From positions 4,224,001 to 4,288,000 of the forward strand of contig OZ244587.1 of NCBI GenBank assembly GCA_965218095.1: a stretch of DNA of 64,000 bases, read 5' to 3'. The translations under genes and the position numbers were made by a program. The DNA is from Candidatus Poribacteria bacterium. Lineage in GTDB: Bacteria > Poribacteria > WGA-4E > PCPOR2b. The notes under the pieces were generated by a model. It was not told the DNA's origin. It worked only from the letters and a program-made list of their open reading frames with translations, and made no database searches. This document shows, one piece after another, positions 32,421-43,379 of the stretch. Within the stretch, counting starts at the first letter, position 1. Every line of letters begins with the position of its first letter.

Positions 32421-33302
32421 CTACACAAAGCATTCCCTGATAAACTTCTTGAAGATGTTCCGGTTCTTCCGGTTGTTGTACTTGTAACACGCCTCAGCGA
32501 TGTAGAGCGAAACATGCTTGTAGTGGTGATGTGTACCATGAAACGCACGTTTCACCAGCGACCAGAACCCTTCAATCGTGTTTGTGTGGGTATTACCGTC
32601 CACGTACTGCCAGTTCTTGTGTCTGATGACATGGTGAGGCATGAGCCCATCAACCGCCTCATACGATGAGAACTCATCTGTCATTAGAACTGAATCCTTC
32701 GGCTTCTCAATAACGCCTTTGATGAACCCCAAAACGCCCTTACGACTCAAACTCGTAGCCACACGCGCCACAACATTCCCAGCCCGTTCAACAGCACCGA
32801 TAACGGGCGTTTTCTTCGTGCCTCTACCTCGCTTGCTCGGTGGAGGCAAGTTCCCGTCCTTGTCTTTTCGTCGTCGGGGCTTACCGCCCACGTAGGTTTC
32901 ATCGCATTCAATAATTCCTCTCAGTAAAACCTTGCCCTTTCTACCCATCTCAGACCTGATTCGTTTCATCATGAACCAAGCTGAGGGTTGCGTTAAGTCC
33001 AAATGACGAGCCATTTGACAACTTGATAGGCTTTTCTTCGCATCGTTCATTAACAGGATAGCCATAAACCACTTCTGAAGTGGAATCTGTGTTCCTTGAA
33101 ATATCGTTCCCTGTAACACATTGAAACTTGACTTACAAGTATGGCAATTCCAACGACCAATTATGCTAGCTTCATTCTTCGGTGCAACCTTTTTACTTTC
33201 GCAATATGGACACTCAGGTTTGCCACCCCAGCGGATAGTTTCTAAGTGTTTAATACAACTCTCTTGGTCAGAAAATCGTTCTACAGCATCAAACAAGTTC
33301 AT
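32421..33302 (-). CDS. IS1595-family transposase
   Basis: Zn ribbon CPYC..CHTC, HTH, ECDETYVGG, MTDE, HTNTIEGFWSLVKR. Confidence 0.93.
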   Translation of the reverse strand: MNLFDAVERFSDQESCIKHLETIRWGGKPECPYCESKKVAPKNEASIIGRWNCHTCKSSFNVLQGTIFQGTQIPLQKWFMAILLMNDAKKSLSSCQMARHLDLTQPSAWFMMKRIRSEMGRKGKVLLRGIIECDETYVGGKPRRRKDKDGNLPPPSKRGRGTKKTPVIGAVERAGNVVARVATSLSRKGVLGFIKGVIEKPKDSVLMTDEFSSYEAVDGLMPHHVIRHKNWQYVDGNTHTNTIEGFWSLVKRAFHGTHHHYKHVSLYIAEACYKYNNRKNRNIFKKFIRECFV

Positions 33303-33341
33303 TCATCTCAACTCCTTTATTCATAAGGGTTTGATGCCTAT

Positions 33342-33370
33342 ATTGTATCAAATTTACACAAAACTTGCAA
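33342..33370 (-). promoter_or_regulatory. Transposase promoter in the right TIR
   Basis: TTGCAA-17 bp-TACAAT with TG extension. Confidence 0.65.
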
Positions 33371-33673
33371 GCCTAAACCTTATAAGCGCGTTAGACAAAT
33401 GAGTCGAGGAAAAGTTTGGAGGGTGGCTAAAGTTTTTGACATGAGGAGTTCATCACCGGTTGTCTGAATCAAAATTCACCCATCAAATCAACGCAGTAAC
33501 TCCTCCGTCAAGGGGGGACAGAGAAGGGGAACAGAGCCATTCAATTCTCAAAGATTTCGGATTCCACAAAGCAACATACCGTCCACGATACCTTTGACTG
33601 TAGGGAACGATCCCTGTATCGTTCCATCTTATTTCCAAAAACTAAATGGCTCTGAGATTTTTGTTGACTTCGC

Positions 33674-34351
33674 TTGACCCGCGTTTTCAATCTACCACAA
33701 AAACGAAAATGGGGATTTGGCAAGAAGCTCCCGCTGACCAAGGCGCAACAAGTGGCTATAGCTGCAGTCGCTGCAAAAGTCTATACGGCGAAGAGGGCGC
33801 AAGCCCGCGCGGAGAAAAAGAAAAAAGACGCGCTAAATGCACTGGATCTTTGCAAAGCATTTGAATATCGCGTTTGTCATTGTCAGATTGCTCATACTCA
33901 ACTTCCCTCGGATCCCATCCCAATAGAGGCTTTAGTTGCGATTGTCGGGGTAAAAGATGGCCTCCATACTGCGAGTGTCCGGAGAGACCGCCTCGTAGTG
34001 GATCTAACAATAGCGAATCTACATCCAACTAGACACGGAAGGGGAGGGGACGGAATGTTTTTGTTTTCCGATGTGAAAATGTTTACGGCGGGGCTCATTA
34101 TATTGGTCTGTGCATATTCTATGGTCACTACGAATCGACGTTTTTATAGTGAAATAGCACAACCTTTGACGCTTCTTTGCGTGGGGATAGCACTGGGAAT
34201 ATCAATAGCGGATGCCCCCCCTTTGACGGGCATCGCCTATGTTATCGTTATAGTGGTTGTTGCTTTCATCCCTTGGACAAAGTTGATGGGCGGCGTTGCT
34301 AGTCTATTCCTTCGAGTATTCCGGCGTCAACGCCCGTCGGACACACCTTAG
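33674..34351 (+). CDS. Hypothetical membrane protein (possibly a fused ORF)
   Basis: C-terminal part from MFLFSD has about 3 TM segments; N-terminal part unsupported. Confidence 0.3.
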   Translation: MTRVFNLPQKRKWGFGKKLPLTKAQQVAIAAVAAKVYTAKRAQARAEKKKKDALNALDLCKAFEYRVCHCQIAHTQLPSDPIPIEALVAIVGVKDGLHTASVRRDRLVVDLTIANLHPTRHGRGGDGMFLFSDVKMFTAGLIILVCAYSMVTTNRRFYSEIAQPLTLLCVGIALGISIADAPPLTGIAYVIVIVVVAFIPWTKLMGGVASLFLRVFRRQRPSDTP

Positions 34352-34525
34352 TGACACCAACAGAACGCCCTAGTTTGAAGCCAAAGATCCAGTCATAGCA
34401 ACGATCTATTCTTTGCGAGGTCGAATATGTAAATTCTACAACCCTTGTGGAAACTACATCCTTACCAACTAGCACCAAAGGTTACTATAAACAGCATGCC
34501 AGGTTCCCCAATTGGCTGACGCTTT

Positions 34526-35653
34526 TCACCCTTCCCAACTGGCAACGAAGTCGTCAACGCCAAAATCTTGAGGCATGTCGTAAAAGAAGTACTTCATCGG
34601 ACCGCTCTGAAACAGCGGTTCGTACTGCTCTGTATCCGATTGCAGTTTCCTATCAAGGACAGCGAATCAATGCCAGAGTTGTTCCAATTCGTCGGGGGTA
34701 AAGCGGTCTGCTATGCGTTGAATGCACGGGCCGTTGGCATAATCATCCGCGTCGGAATCTTTGTATTTGCGAATCAAGTCGGCGATCTTTGACAGGACAA
34801 CCAGCGTCGTCATCCGCGCCTGTTTACTGCGGTGAATTCAACTCAATCCCTCCGCAAAGGCGTGTTCATTCTTTTCAAGGATGGCGCAGAGTGTGAATGC
34901 AACGTCGTCATGCCGTTTGACGTGAAGACCTTCAAAGTGGCGGTATTTCTCAGCGGCCCACGGCGAAAGATGTTCGACGAATTCAACACCCATTGTGGCT
35001 GGCAGAAAGAAGTGCATGAACCCTTCGCCACCAAAGCCTTGGTATCCAAAGTGAAGCGTTCGCCGCTTGCTATCACCGTTAGGCGTAGCGCTATGAAGAA
35101 TGGAGTTGATGTAGACGATGCCATCGCCGGCTTTGAGGTCAACGGGAGTCGCGCCCGGCAGGGAAACGACATCCAAGCGACGCTCAACTTTGCTTTCCGC
35201 CGCGTTATTGCGCCGAAGGTGGCTACCGGGAATTACGTATAAGTAGCTATCGTCATAGAGTGCGAGATTCCACTGGACATACGGCGGGCCGTTGAGCCGG
35301 ATATCTTCCTGCAATCCGTCGAGCGGGGCCATATCAATCGGATGGATGTCCCGGTGCCAGCCCGTCCCTGAATGGCATAACACCCACATCCCCAATGGCG
35401 CGGCGTCGGGCGCGTTCATCAGTTTGTAGCTGAAGTCGAAGACGCGGTCGTCGAAATAAAATTCCACGGTGTTGGCGGTTTGTCGATCAACCCAATCGGT
35501 CACGGTCACCCGGCTCGAAGGCGGCGCTTTTTCGACAATGATGTCAACACTTTCACGCAGTTGTTCTAATTCGTCGGACGGAATCATGTTGCGCACAATA
35601 ACGTATCCATTCCGCATGAGTTGTCGCTTCTGTTGATCCAGGTTCAGTTCCAT
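34526..35653 (-). pseudogene. PhyH-family dioxygenase with two in-frame TGA stops
   Basis: WHRD, IPGSH, LKAGDG..LH; frame continues past TGA at 34838 and 34667 to ..DFGVDDFVASWEG*. Confidence 0.75.
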
Positions 35654-35695
35654 CGGTTTACTCCTTATATTTCGAGCGCTACTTCCCCAGTTCTA

Positions 35696-36463
35696 CTAAC
35701 CGCGCATCCTGGGAACCCTTCGCAGCAGATGCTGTTCCTGCGGCGACAGCGTCTGGTAGAACGACTCAGTCAGCATCGGCGTGTTTTCGTTGGCCTCCAG
35801 TCGCCCGTGGCTTTCGAGGTGGCACCAGTGGCGATTGTGAACGATGACTGCAAAGGAACGAGGCGTGTCGGTGCGGTTGGGTGTACCGCGGTAAAGGGCG
35901 CGCGGATTAGTGATCAGCACGTCGCCGGCCTTGAGCAGCACCGACTTGAGCGGAATCTCACCCGAATTGGCCTTCTCCAGCATCTCCGCCCGGAGCAGAT
36001 GCTGGGTACGTTCGGCCACTTCAAAGGGACCGTTCTCTAGCGTTACATCGACGAACGTAAACCGCACAGACAGCAGCGGAGATGGGTGCCGATGATCCGG
36101 TTCTTCGGTGAATAGAAAGGGCAGATCCGCGCGAACCTTTTGGTATTCCGAACCCTTTATCGGTGTGTCCGTGCCATAGTAGGAAATGTGTATGTTCTCG
36201 CCCAGGATACGGTTGACGATCTGGAGCACTGTGTCATCGTTGAAGAAAGCGGAATGATAGAACGGCGGCGCGAAGGGCAGACCAATTGCCCACCGCCTCG
36301 GGCCACGGTTGCCGTCAGGGATGCGGTTTGCCACATCCGCCAGTAGCGGCAGAAATGCCTGACAGCATTCCTCTAGTGCCGGCCGGGGAAAATGATCCGG
36401 CAGGATGCAGTGCCCGATGTCCAAGATTTCCGCCACACACTTGTCAATATCGATTGTCATCAC
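35696..36463 (-). CDS. PhyH-family protein with altered Fe-binding residues
   Basis: ENGPFEV and LKAGDVLI present; QKVRAD (HxD lost) and ALYRG (distal His lost). Confidence 0.7.
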   Translation of the reverse strand: MMTIDIDKCVAEILDIGHCILPDHFPRPALEECCQAFLPLLADVANRIPDGNRGPRRWAIGLPFAPPFYHSAFFNDDTVLQIVNRILGENIHISYYGTDTPIKGSEYQKVRADLPFLFTEEPDHRHPSPLLSVRFTFVDVTLENGPFEVAERTQHLLRAEMLEKANSGEIPLKSVLLKAGDVLITNPRALYRGTPNRTDTPRSFAVIVHNRHWCHLESHGRLEANENTPMLTESFYQTLSPQEQHLLRRVPRMRG

Positions 36464-36633
36464 GATCCTCCATACCTAACGAGATATCGGTTTCATCAGA
36501 ACGGGCAATATTATAGCACGATTCCATCGTGAGATCTAGGACGAAACCGCATTCGGCGTGCATCATCCATACTCCTCGATATAAGAAACGATAGGGATAA
36601 GCGACCGTCTGGCGCCGATGTGCATCTATGCGT

Positions 36634-37860
36634 TCAACGCAGTTGTTCGTCGGAACCATCCCCTTCTTTCAAAAACATCGCCAAAGGCAACCCGAATAGC
36701 ATAACCGCGCCTGTCACATAGAAAATGGCATTGAGACCATAAGCATCTCCGACAAACCCGAGGAGGTATGGCGCAACGGCAGAAGAAATGAAATTCAGGG
36801 TGTAGTGTAACGCATAGCCCCGGCTGCGATGCTTCGATTCGAGCGTAGGCGCCAACCCAACATATATGACAGAGGACGTCCCATTTAACATAAATCCAAA
36901 TACCGGCAAAAAGAGAACGATAACCCATCCCGGGGGGACCGAGGGGAGCGCGAAACACCCAAGTATCATTAGCAACTCTGTCAGTAAAATAACCTTCTTG
37001 ACGTCAAACTTCTTAATCAGTATACCGCACAGCAGCTTTCCCAAAGCCCCACCGAAAAAAGTCAAAGCCATCAACCCACCTACAGCACCCACTTTAACGC
37101 CTATTTTAATCAGCAAAAATCCCAAAAACGCCGTCACGGCCGCTCGAATACCATTATCCAAAAATCCGAGGGTGGAATAGAGCATGAACTGACTCGGTTT
37201 TGCGATGCCCCAGCCCCAGAGAGTTTTTCGATGTGTCCCATCGAGGTTATGTTCTTCCTCCTTTGGTCGGCCTTGTTGTCTTTTCAAGCCGATATCTGTT
37301 TGAAAGAACAAGAGATACAAAAAAGACACTGCAAGCCCGATGGCTCCCAACACCGCGCAGCTTCCTTGCCACCCAATTCTGACGACCAGGAGGCCTGCTA
37401 GAGCGGGAAAGAATACCTTTCCGACATCTCCAAAGAAGTTCAATGTGCTGATCGCCGGACCGGACTTTTCCGGCGGATAGAGGTTTGAGACGAGGGCAGT
37501 TCCCACAGGGTGATACACCCCGCCGCCTATCCCAGACGAAAAGATCAATATCAGCGTTAACGGGTAGCTGAACACCAAAATCAGGGCAATGTAACTCAGG
37601 CTGAACCATGCAGCGCCTACGCCCAGCATCAATATGTCTCCGAAACGCTCAGACAGGAACCCTGCGGGTATCTGGGCTGCGCTTATCGCACCGTGGCTGG
37701 CAGTTTTCAGGAGGCCGGACTGGGTGTAGGTGAGATTCAGATCAACTGCTATGAAAGGAAGTAAGAGGGATAAACTTGCAATGTAGCCATCGTTAATGAT
37801 ATGAAGGATGCTGCACCATCCGAGATGTTTTTTCGGATTATCTTGAATCTGTCTTGGCAT
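36634..37860 (-). CDS. MFS transporter (Fsr-like)
   Basis: HIINDGY, GFLSERFG, YHPVG; about 12 TM segments. Confidence 0.88.
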   Translation of the reverse strand: MPRQIQDNPKKHLGWCSILHIINDGYIASLSLLLPFIAVDLNLTYTQSGLLKTASHGAISAAQIPAGFLSERFGDILMLGVGAAWFSLSYIALILVFSYPLTLILIFSSGIGGGVYHPVGTALVSNLYPPEKSGPAISTLNFFGDVGKVFFPALAGLLVVRIGWQGSCAVLGAIGLAVSFLYLLFFQTDIGLKRQQGRPKEEEHNLDGTHRKTLWGWGIAKPSQFMLYSTLGFLDNGIRAAVTAFLGFLLIKIGVKVGAVGGLMALTFFGGALGKLLCGILIKKFDVKKVILLTELLMILGCFALPSVPPGWVIVLFLPVFGFMLNGTSSVIYVGLAPTLESKHRSRGYALHYTLNFISSAVAPYLLGFVGDAYGLNAIFYVTGAVMLFGLPLAMFLKEGDGSDEQLR

Positions 37861-38173
37861 GAATATGATACCACTGATGGAGATGAGGTGACCAAAGTCC
37901 CTGACGAATTATGACTACTCCTCAACCATTCGGCGCCTTATACCGGATTTTCCAAAGCTATCGACGGATTTCAAGATCTCTGTCAACCCGGCTTCAACTT
38001 TCCGATTGCGTTTTTTCCGTTGTTAGGGTATTCTTTCTTTTCCATTGATGGACTGCTAAGGTGAAATATATGACCAACGCAGCCGCAGGATACATATTCA
38101 AATTTTGCAGCGTATTTGGAAAAGCGGTCGGTGCTACCGCTCGTCCAATACTTTTCACGAAGGAGATGTTGGA

Positions 38174-38968
38174 ATGGGTATCAATTTGGAACCTCAACGC
38201 CACCTCAATTTGGAAGGCGCATACAATATCCGCGACATAGGCGGTTATCCGACCTCGGATGGAAGATGTACCCGGTGGAAGACCTTGTTGCGTACGGATA
38301 GCCTCCACAAGCTGCCCCCGGAATCTCAGGCTTTTCTCATTGAGTACGGAGTATGTACGGTCATTGATCTCAGACGGACCATTGAAGTACGAGAGAGGCC
38401 GAACGTCTTTGCGAGCTCATTATACGTTCGGTACTACCACCAAAATATGCTGGGCGACGTAGATCTCGCCGAGCTGGCAGACGCGTCAGCAGAAGTGAGG
38501 GCTGCATTGAACCACCTAGAGTCAGCGGAAGGCTCTCAGAAAATAACGCTGAACTATTGCACATGGCTGGACTTGAGGCGCGAGCAAATCGGCGAAACGT
38601 TGGCGACACTCGCGGTGCCTGGAACTCTACCCGCGCTGTACCACTGCGCCGGCGGGAAAGACCGCACGGGTCTGATAAGCGCGCTAGTCTTGGGCCTGGC
38701 CGGCGTGCCAGCAGAGACAATCGCTGAAGACTATGCACTAACGGCGCGTTACCTTTTGGCACGTAATCTCAACGAGACGGCGTCGGCCGGAGTCGTCCCC
38801 TCTGATATCACCTGGCAGGACTATGCACAGCAGATCTGTCCACCCGATGCTATGGTTGGAGTGCTAAAGCACCTTGAGGAGTGTTACGGCGGAACTGAGG
38901 GGTATGTTCTCTCTGCTGGCCTGACCCCGGAGCAAATAGATAGCCTCCGTCATGCTGTCGTTGAATGA
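38174..38968 (+). CDS. Tyrosine-protein phosphatase (PtpB/IphP-like)
   Basis: NIRDIGGY, VIDLR, HCAGGKDRTG. Confidence 0.9.
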   Translation: MGINLEPQRHLNLEGAYNIRDIGGYPTSDGRCTRWKTLLRTDSLHKLPPESQAFLIEYGVCTVIDLRRTIEVRERPNVFASSLYVRYYHQNMLGDVDLAELADASAEVRAALNHLESAEGSQKITLNYCTWLDLRREQIGETLATLAVPGTLPALYHCAGGKDRTGLISALVLGLAGVPAETIAEDYALTARYLLARNLNETASAGVVPSDITWQDYAQQICPPDAMVGVLKHLEECYGGTEGYVLSAGLTPEQIDSLRHAVVE

Positions 38969-39015
38969 CCCCAATCCCTCGCCTCATGGCTTTTGGTAGA
39001 ATTTTCTGACCGTTA

Positions 39016-40308
39016 TCAAGCAGCGGCACGAATATTCGCGCGTGTCCCTTCAACATCAAAACAGGCGTACTGATTGTCCCGCATGATGCGTGTGGCGATT
39101 TGCATTGCCTGCTTCTCGGTCATATAGCCGTCCGCAATCTCCCCTTCAAGGGCCCGCCGAATCTCGTTCCGTGCTTGGATCGCATACGCCATCGCACTTG
39201 TCGGCCAATGCGTGTCCCCGCCAAACGCAAACAGTTTATTCGATGGAACGGCGTGCAGAAACCGACGCAAAAAGTCGCGCGAACTGTACGGATCGATGCT
39301 CCATGCCCAACAGAGATCGACCCAGATGTTGCGATAGTGTTTCGCAAGGGCGACGAGCTCATCGGTGTAGGGATAGGAGATGTGCATCAGAACAAACTTG
39401 GCGTCGAGATACCGGGCAAAGAGCACGCACATATTTGCGGCGGGAATCCGACTCACGAGCATGCGATTGTTTCCTGCATAGTAGCCCGTATGGATCTTAA
39501 ACGGAAGGTTATGCTCGATTGACAACTCAATCCCCCGCGCCCAGCACCAATCGCCCAGGCAGAGGCGGGTATCGACCGTGATTTTCTCCGCAGGCTGATT
39601 CAGCACCTCTCGGAGGGCTGCCGACGCTTCAACATCGTTCCGGTCGATCCAATTGAGGGTACGGCTGTAGGCATGTTGCGCCTTCACCGCAATGGCAGTG
39701 GGGGCGTGCTTTGCAAAGATTGCCTCCATCCCCTGTTTCAGCGTCCTGAGATCTACCACGTCAATCCCCGTCTCTGCGTGGATCTGTTCCAGTTCAGGCT
39801 CCCCATTGCAGAAACTCCGCCATGACAGATCATAGAGGAAGAAGTCCAGTCCAGAGTGGTCTGGAGCACATACCCAAACCTTATCATCGGTCTGGATATG
39901 ATCGAGGTTTGCTACATCATGCAACAACCGGAAGCGTTCACCGGGGCGTCGCAGCACCTTAATTTTCTCTTGCGCCGATGCAAGGTTTTCCCCAGTAAGC
40001 TCGTCGATTCCGTAGGCGTGTTCTGCGATGAGTCGCACCGCTTCACCATATCCTGTGAATTGTGTCGCTTCCCATGCTTCTCGGATGCCTTCAAAACGCC
40101 CGGCAATGCCCGGGTCTGGAGCATCCATCAAACGTTTCATCCCCTCTGGCGATGCGCCTGCTGTGTTTAAGTCTGCGGGGACGTAATTCCCAAACAGGTC
40201 TTGTAAAATGTCGGGACCATTCTCCAGCCACTCATGTTCTCGCCCTAAATGTTCATGTGTGTCAACTAAAGCAGTCCTCTGAATGTGATGTGCCAAATCG
40301 GTCGACAT
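39016..40308 (-). CDS. Amidohydrolase family protein
   Basis: DTHEH, IHTG, LMH, FGGD. Confidence 0.85.
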   Translation of the reverse strand: MSTDLAHHIQRTALVDTHEHLGREHEWLENGPDILQDLFGNYVPADLNTAGASPEGMKRLMDAPDPGIAGRFEGIREAWEATQFTGYGEAVRLIAEHAYGIDELTGENLASAQEKIKVLRRPGERFRLLHDVANLDHIQTDDKVWVCAPDHSGLDFFLYDLSWRSFCNGEPELEQIHAETGIDVVDLRTLKQGMEAIFAKHAPTAIAVKAQHAYSRTLNWIDRNDVEASAALREVLNQPAEKITVDTRLCLGDWCWARGIELSIEHNLPFKIHTGYYAGNNRMLVSRIPAANMCVLFARYLDAKFVLMHISYPYTDELVALAKHYRNIWVDLCWAWSIDPYSSRDFLRRFLHAVPSNKLFAFGGDTHWPTSAMAYAIQARNEIRRALEGEIADGYMTEKQAMQIATRIMRDNQYACFDVEGTRANIRAAA

Positions 40309-40380
40309 ATTCTTACCCCTTTCTTGCTTTTGATATGTCAGTGAAGTTCGATTATAGTCATTGGCAGAAGTTCTTGGGCA

Positions 40381-40435
40381 GTCGAGATTCCGATCGCGAC
40401 AGATTCGATCGTCGATTTTGGAAAATCGACCTACA
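40381..40435. repeat. REP-like palindrome doublet (GTAG-type)
   Basis: GTCGAGATTCCGATCGCGAC and minus-strand GTAGGTCGATTTTCCAAAATCGAC. Confidence 0.5.
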
Positions 40436-40517
40436 GTTTACATATTTTAATACACTCGATTTAACCGCGATCTTCGACGGGGTTTGAAACCTTTTTAACC
40501 GTGGAATGGACTTTCTG

Positions 40518-41606
40518 TTAAGCCACGCGATAGGGCACCAGAGACTCATAGTTGGGATCAATGCCAATCCCCGGCACATTCGGCGGGCTCACAGTACCAT
40601 CATCGTTGAGGCGCAGGGTGTGATGATAGATCTTCCCCCACATCGGGTCGACGGTGTCGCGGTAAAACTCCAGAATCAGCCCGTTTGCAATTGCCGCCAC
40701 CAGATGGACATGGATCTCCTGGGGACCATGCGGCGCGATGTCCAGATCATAAGCTTGGGCAAGAGCTGCTACCTTCATGAACTCCGTTACACCCCCAAGG
40801 ATGATGGCATCGGCGTTGAGGATGGCGACGCCTTGTTGGGCAATCAAGTCGCGGAAGCCGTAGCGGGTGTATTCATTTTCACCGGTCGCAATGGGAATTG
40901 TTGTGGCTGCGGCGAGCTTGCGGTGGCCCTCATAGTCGTCAGGGGCGATTGGCTCCTCGAACCAGAAGGGGTCGTATTCCTCAATCCGCTTTGCCAACTG
41001 GATGGCCTCGTAGTAACGGTAGGCGCAGTTGGCGTCGGCCATCAGCTTGACATCTGGTCCGATGGCTTCGCGGACGGTTTTCACCCGCTCAACATCTTCA
41101 CGGATGGAGACCGCTCCAACTTTCATCTTAATGGCCTTTGCCCCCATCTCGACATTCTCTATCATTTCCTGCGCCAGTTCGTTCAAGCCCTTCCCCTCTT
41201 CATAGTACCCACCGGCGATATAGGTCGGTACCCGGTCTCGATAGCCGCCAAGCAACTTGTAGAGCGGCATACCCGCGACCTTTGCCCGAAAGTCCCACAA
41301 GCCGATGTCGATGGCGCTGATAGCACGGGTCGTGATGCCGCGCCGACCAATCAGCTTGGGCACCCACATCTTATGCCACAGACGTTCGACGTCCAGTGGG
41401 TCCTCGCCAATGAGTTCCGGTTTGAGATGCGCAACCGTTGCTGTGGCAATGGGGCTCATGTCACCCAGCCCGATGCCGGTGATTTCCGTGTCAGTCTCGA
41501 TTTTGACCAACCCTAAGCTCGCATGGGTATAGGTATGCTTGCCATTGGTAATGGGTTTTTGGCGTGGCCAGCGATAACTTTCTGTGTTGATATCAACGAT
41601 TTTCAT
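40518..41606 (-). CDS. Mandelate racemase/muconate lactonizing enzyme family protein
   Basis: SAIDIGLWD, KMKVG, DAN, WFEEP, ATGE. Confidence 0.92.
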   Translation of the reverse strand: MKIVDINTESYRWPRQKPITNGKHTYTHASLGLVKIETDTEITGIGLGDMSPIATATVAHLKPELIGEDPLDVERLWHKMWVPKLIGRRGITTRAISAIDIGLWDFRAKVAGMPLYKLLGGYRDRVPTYIAGGYYEEGKGLNELAQEMIENVEMGAKAIKMKVGAVSIREDVERVKTVREAIGPDVKLMADANCAYRYYEAIQLAKRIEEYDPFWFEEPIAPDDYEGHRKLAAATTIPIATGENEYTRYGFRDLIAQQGVAILNADAIILGGVTEFMKVAALAQAYDLDIAPHGPQEIHVHLVAAIANGLILEFYRDTVDPMWGKIYHHTLRLNDDGTVSPPNVPGIGIDPNYESLVPYRVA

Positions 41607-41692
41607 GAATTACCCCACTCTGATGCTATTAAAGGTCTATAAAACAGACTCTATCCTATCCAAAATGAGCGCCGCTGTCAACTGTTTTTTCA

Positions 41693-41770
41693 ACACCCCC
41701 TCTAACTCCCCCTTCTCAAAGGGGAGAACCGCTCTCTCTCCTCCTTGCGAAGGAGGGGTTGGGGGAGGTC
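41693..41770. repeat. CCCCTTnnnAAGGGG-type palindromic intergenic repeat pair
   Basis: ctcccccttctcaaaggggag and ctccttgcgaaggagggg. Confidence 0.55.
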
Positions 41771-41851
41771 GGCATAGGCAATTTAAATCCTAAACCAGTG
41801 TAAGATTCTTGATGTACTTGTTGAATACCAATGCGCAGGTCAAAACGCAAA

Positions 41852-42916
41852 TTAGCCAAGCGCACTCACCACAGCGTCCCCGACCTGTGAGGTTGTAGCG
41901 GCCCCACCCAAGTCAGGCGTGAGGGTTTCACGACCCTCAAGGACCTTTAGCACCGCTTTGTCTATCGCATCCGCCGCACCCGCTTGACCGACAAAGCGCA
42001 GCATCATCGAACCAGAGGTGATAGCCGCCAACGGATTGGCGATGCCCTTGCCCATAATGTCCGGCGCGCTGCCGTGCACCGGCTCGAACATTGACGGGAA
42101 ACGACGCTCCGGATCGAGATTGCCGCTGGGAGCCAGGCCCATGCTTCCGGTGATAATCGCGCCGATGTCCGTGAGGATGTCCCCGAACAGGTTGCTGGCA
42201 ACCACCACGTCGAAGTCCTCCGGCCGCCGGACGAAGTCCATGCACGCCGCATCTACCAGCAGCGACTCCGTTTGTATGTCGGGATACCGTGCGGCGACCC
42301 GCTCGAAGGCTTGGTCCCATACAACCATGCCGTAGCCTTGCGCATTTGACTTGGTGACGGAAGTGACTTTGCGCTTCTTGTTCCGGCTGCGAGCCAACTC
42401 GAAGGCGTAAATCATGACGCGCTCGCAGCCGTGACTGGTAAACATGGCGGTTTGCACGGCAATCTCTTGTGGGAAGCCCTGGTACTGGAAGCCGCCGACA
42501 TTGGCATACTCGCCTTCTGTGTTCTCGCGTATCACCACCAGATCGATATCCCAGGCCGCTTTGTCTTTTAGCGGCGAGTTGATGCCGGGATAGAGCACAC
42601 TCGGTCGCTCACAGACGTACTGGTCGAATCTGCGCCGGATAGGCAGCAAGAGGCCGTTGAGCGTAATATGGTCCTGAATTTCAGGATGACCGACGGCGCC
42701 GAGATAGATCTGGTCGAACTCCGCCAGCGTATCCAGGGCATCGGTTGGCACCATCCGTCCGTGCTTGAAGTAGTAGTCCGAACCCCAGGGGAATTCGGTA
42801 AAGTCCCATTTGATGTTATATGCTTCGGCGACGACGTTGAGAACTTTGATGCCTTCCTCCATCACCTCGACCCCAATGCCGTCCCCCCGAATTACTGCAA
42901 TCTTGTATTCAGCCAT
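41852..42916 (-). CDS. Tartrate dehydrogenase/decarboxylase (IDH/IPMDH family)
   Basis: GDGIGVEV, RENTEGEY, KSNA, NLFGDILTD, FEPVHGSAPDI. Confidence 0.88.
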   Translation of the reverse strand: MAEYKIAVIRGDGIGVEVMEEGIKVLNVVAEAYNIKWDFTEFPWGSDYYFKHGRMVPTDALDTLAEFDQIYLGAVGHPEIQDHITLNGLLLPIRRRFDQYVCERPSVLYPGINSPLKDKAAWDIDLVVIRENTEGEYANVGGFQYQGFPQEIAVQTAMFTSHGCERVMIYAFELARSRNKKRKVTSVTKSNAQGYGMVVWDQAFERVAARYPDIQTESLLVDAACMDFVRRPEDFDVVVASNLFGDILTDIGAIITGSMGLAPSGNLDPERRFPSMFEPVHGSAPDIMGKGIANPLAAITSGSMMLRFVGQAGAADAIDKAVLKVLEGRETLTPDLGGAATTSQVGDAVVSALG

Positions 42917-43379
42917 TCTTTTCCTCCCTGATATTCCTGCGAAAATGTCCTATGGTTTCGATACGTCCAAAGGGCGACTTAACAACCTGGTGACGATGCT
43001 ACATAGGGGACCGATTTCGCCGTTGCGAATGGATTCCCGTGCGGCATGGAAGTTGGGTGCCCAACGTCGGGTGTGTTCAATCGAAAGTGGAACATCATGC
43101 GCCTCAACGGCGGCGATCTCCGATTGCTATCTTCATGACAAGATAATACAGGAAGCGAAAGGAGGTGTCAATCACTTTTATCGAAAACGCTTGACGGGGA
43201 TGAAAAAATCGAATAAAATCCTCACAACTTTTCCTGTGAGTCGGAGGGTTCTTCCTGTTTGCACGTAATACGTTCTACGCAATATGATCGTTGATTGAAC
43301 CGACGTGTTAACCGAATTGTGAACTATCCCTGCATATTTGCACATTTGCATATTTGCTTATTTTAAGGAGGAGATAATC

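Larger units (their letters stand above)
31180..33390 (-). mobile_element. IS1595-family element with passenger genes (2211 bp)
   Basis: Imperfect TIRs CGCATTTATAAATAATTGGCTTGCA / CGCGCTTATAAGGTTTAGGCTTGCA; 9-bp direct repeat TTAGACAAA at 31171-31179 and 33391-33399. Confidence 0.88.

Noticed and set aside
40506-41516. Long antisense ORFs (also 665-1291, 10643-11260, 26066-26653, 30079-30690)
   Set aside because: They shadow well-supported genes on the opposite strand and show no recognisable motifs.
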